Assembly (NCBI GenBank): GCA_046045965.1
Contig: JBJOKS010000002.1
Span: 128,001-192,000, forward strand
Direction of reading: 5' to 3'
Origin: Cyanobacteriota bacterium
GTDB lineage: Bacteria; Cyanobacteriota; Cyanobacteriia; Cyanobacteriales; Nostocaceae
Length of the DNA stretch: 64,000 bases
The notes beneath the pieces are model-generated. The model saw nothing but the letters and a program-made list of their open reading frames with translations, did not search any database and had not been told where the DNA came from. Every line of letters starts with the position of its first letter. Positions within the stretch are counted from its first letter, which is position 1. Below, piece by piece: positions 62,357-64,000 of the stretch. A program made the position numbers and the translations under genes.

Positions 62357-62791
62357 GTGAAAATGCAAGAACCAGAATACACAGAAACCAAGTCAAAAGA
62401 TACAACAATTCCAGATATCAACACCCAACCAGGAAGCATCACCAAACTTCAGCCTCCTGTACAGTCTCAAGAACAATGGCTCAAATATGGGCAGCAAATT
62501 TCTGGCTTTCTAGGTACATTACCTGACTACGTAGGTAACTTTTTTAATCAATACAAGCAGCCTATAGTTAGCGTTGGATTAGTGATTACAGCAATTGTCA
62601 CCGTTAAGGTACTATTGGCTGTACTAGATTCTCTCAATGATATTCCTTTAGTAGCACCTACCTTTGAGTTGATTGGTATTGGTTATTCTGCTTGGTTTGT
62701 TTATCGCTATTTACTCAAAGCTTCATCTCGGCAAGAGTTAACCAGTGAAATTACAACCCTCAAATCACAAGTTGTAGGTAAAGACTCTTAA
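62357..62791 (+). CDS. curT: CAAD-domain thylakoid curvature protein CurT
   Basis: LNDIPLVAPTFELIGIGYSAWFVYRYLL. Confidence 0.88.
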   Translation: MKMQEPEYTETKSKDTTIPDINTQPGSITKLQPPVQSQEQWLKYGQQISGFLGTLPDYVGNFFNQYKQPIVSVGLVITAIVTVKVLLAVLDSLNDIPLVAPTFELIGIGYSAWFVYRYLLKASSRQELTSEITTLKSQVVGKDS

Positions 62792-62802
62792 GAATTTTAA
62801 GA

Positions 62803-62833
<31 letters not shown>

Positions 62834-62873
62834 AAGAATTAATTTTTCCCCCTGCACCCTGCTCCCTACCTCC

Positions 62874-64000
62874 TCAAAGCACTCTTAAGATGCTGGGAAT
62901 GCTGTCTATGGCTTCTAGGGTTTGAATTTCGGCTAAAGCTTGTCTAAAGTCCCCTTCTCTGACATCGTGGGTGACAACGACAATTTCCGCTAGTTCTGCC
63001 TGAAAACCTGTTTGTACAACTGACTCTAAACTCACGCCATATTTGCCAAAAATAGTACCCAATTTACCAATCACACCTGGTTGATCTTTTGTTAAAAACC
63101 GAGCATAAAATCGGGTGACGAGTTGGTCAATGGGGGCAATTTGAGAGTAATGTTGATGACTACAAGCTAATAGGGGATTTGGTTTGGGGGTATTAGTTTT
63201 CAGAGTTGCGACAAGATTGAGTATATCCGAGCAGACCGCACTAGCAGTAGCACCTGCACCGGCACCAGGTCCAAAGAACATGACTTGGCCAATGGGTTCA
63301 CCTTCAACGAGAATGGCATTATAAACACCGTTAATACTAGCCAAAGGATGAGTTTGGGGTACTAAGGTAGGATTAACTCTGACCGACAACTGAGAGTTAT
63401 CATCGGTTTGGCCTTTGGCGATCGCCAGTAGTTTAATCACAAATCCCAATTTGGCAGCATAGGCAATATCTGTCTTGGTGACTTGGCGAATGCCTTCACA
63501 ATATACATCTTGGAGATTAATCCGCCCACCAAAGCCTAAAGATGCCAAGATAGCGATTTTATCGGCTGCATCTAAGCCATCGACATCAGCAGTAGGGTCA
63601 GCTTCAGCATAACCTAAACGTTGAGCATCAGCTAAAACATCATCGAAGTCGCTACCTTCCGTTTGCATCCTGGTGAGGATGTAATTAGTTGTACCATTGA
63701 CAATGCCAGTGATGGCATGGATCTGGTTGACACTTAAAGACTGCTTCAGGGGTTGAATTACGGGGATACCTCCGCCTACAGAGGCTTCTAGCATCACATA
63801 TACCCCGGCTTCGTTGGCAGCGGTAAATATTTCCGCTCCAAATCGAGAGATGGCGGCTTTATTGGCTGTGACTACGTGCTTACCATTTTTAATAGCGGTG
63901 AGGATGAGCGATCGCGCTGGTTCCAATCCGCCCATAACTTCAACAATTATATCTATCTCTGGATCATTGACAATAGCTTCTAAATCTGTAGTTACTATCC
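62874..64000 (-). CDS. hom: Homoserine dehydrogenase with ACT domain, partial (5' end beyond the window)
   Basis: VVTANK, EASVGGGIP, NGTTN, GYAEADP, GPGAG. Confidence 0.95.
   Translation of the reverse strand, partial: IVTTDLEAIVNDPEIDIIVEVMGGLEPARSLILTAIKNGKHVVTANKAAISRFGAEIFTAANEAGVYVMLEASVGGGIPVIQPLKQSLSVNQIHAITGIVNGTTNYILTRMQTEGSDFDDVLADAQRLGYAEADPTADVDGLDAADKIAILASLGFGGRINLQDVYCEGIRQVTKTDIAYAAKLGFVIKLLAIAKGQTDDNSQLSVRVNPTLVPQTHPLASINGVYNAILVEGEPIGQVMFFGPGAGAGATASAVCSDILNLVATLKTNTPKPNPLLACSHQHYSQIAPIDQLVTRFYARFLTKDQPGVIGKLGTIFGKYGVSLESVVQTGFQAELAEIVVVTHDVREGDFRQALAEIQTLEAIDSIPSILRVL

Overview
AT-rich chromosomal window from a filamentous, probably heterocyst-forming (Nostocales-like) cyanobacterium. 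The evidence is frequent HIP1 (GCGATCGC) sites, heptamer STRR arrays, curT, pedR and a K-box/CIRCE groESL promoter. Housekeeping genes include tyrA, ppgK, sfsA, gluconokinase, a PfkB kinase, phoH-khpA-rpsP-ffh, groES-groEL, pcrA, curT and a partial hom. Accessory highlights: (1) a FAAL-ACAD-ACP-MBOAT-SGNH-like operon that looks like a fatty-acyl version of the Dlt envelope-acylation pathway, followed by an NdbB-like quinone reductase and an HTTM/DCC1 membrane protein; (2) an orphan TnpB 3'-end/omegaRNA-like sequence in the leader of a response regulator; (3) a split STAND-ATPase/WD40 locus with a frameshift and a cargo island (ABC-ATPase+DUF4276, DUF29, pseudogene fragments) bounded by a 19-nt imperfect direct repeat; (4) a KOW-less NusG-like protein; (5) tiny elements inserted into HIP1 sites, one in frame inside a GGDEF gene. 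No rRNA, tRNA, CRISPR array or intact transposase was seen. All calls come from reading motifs by eye; no database searches were run.
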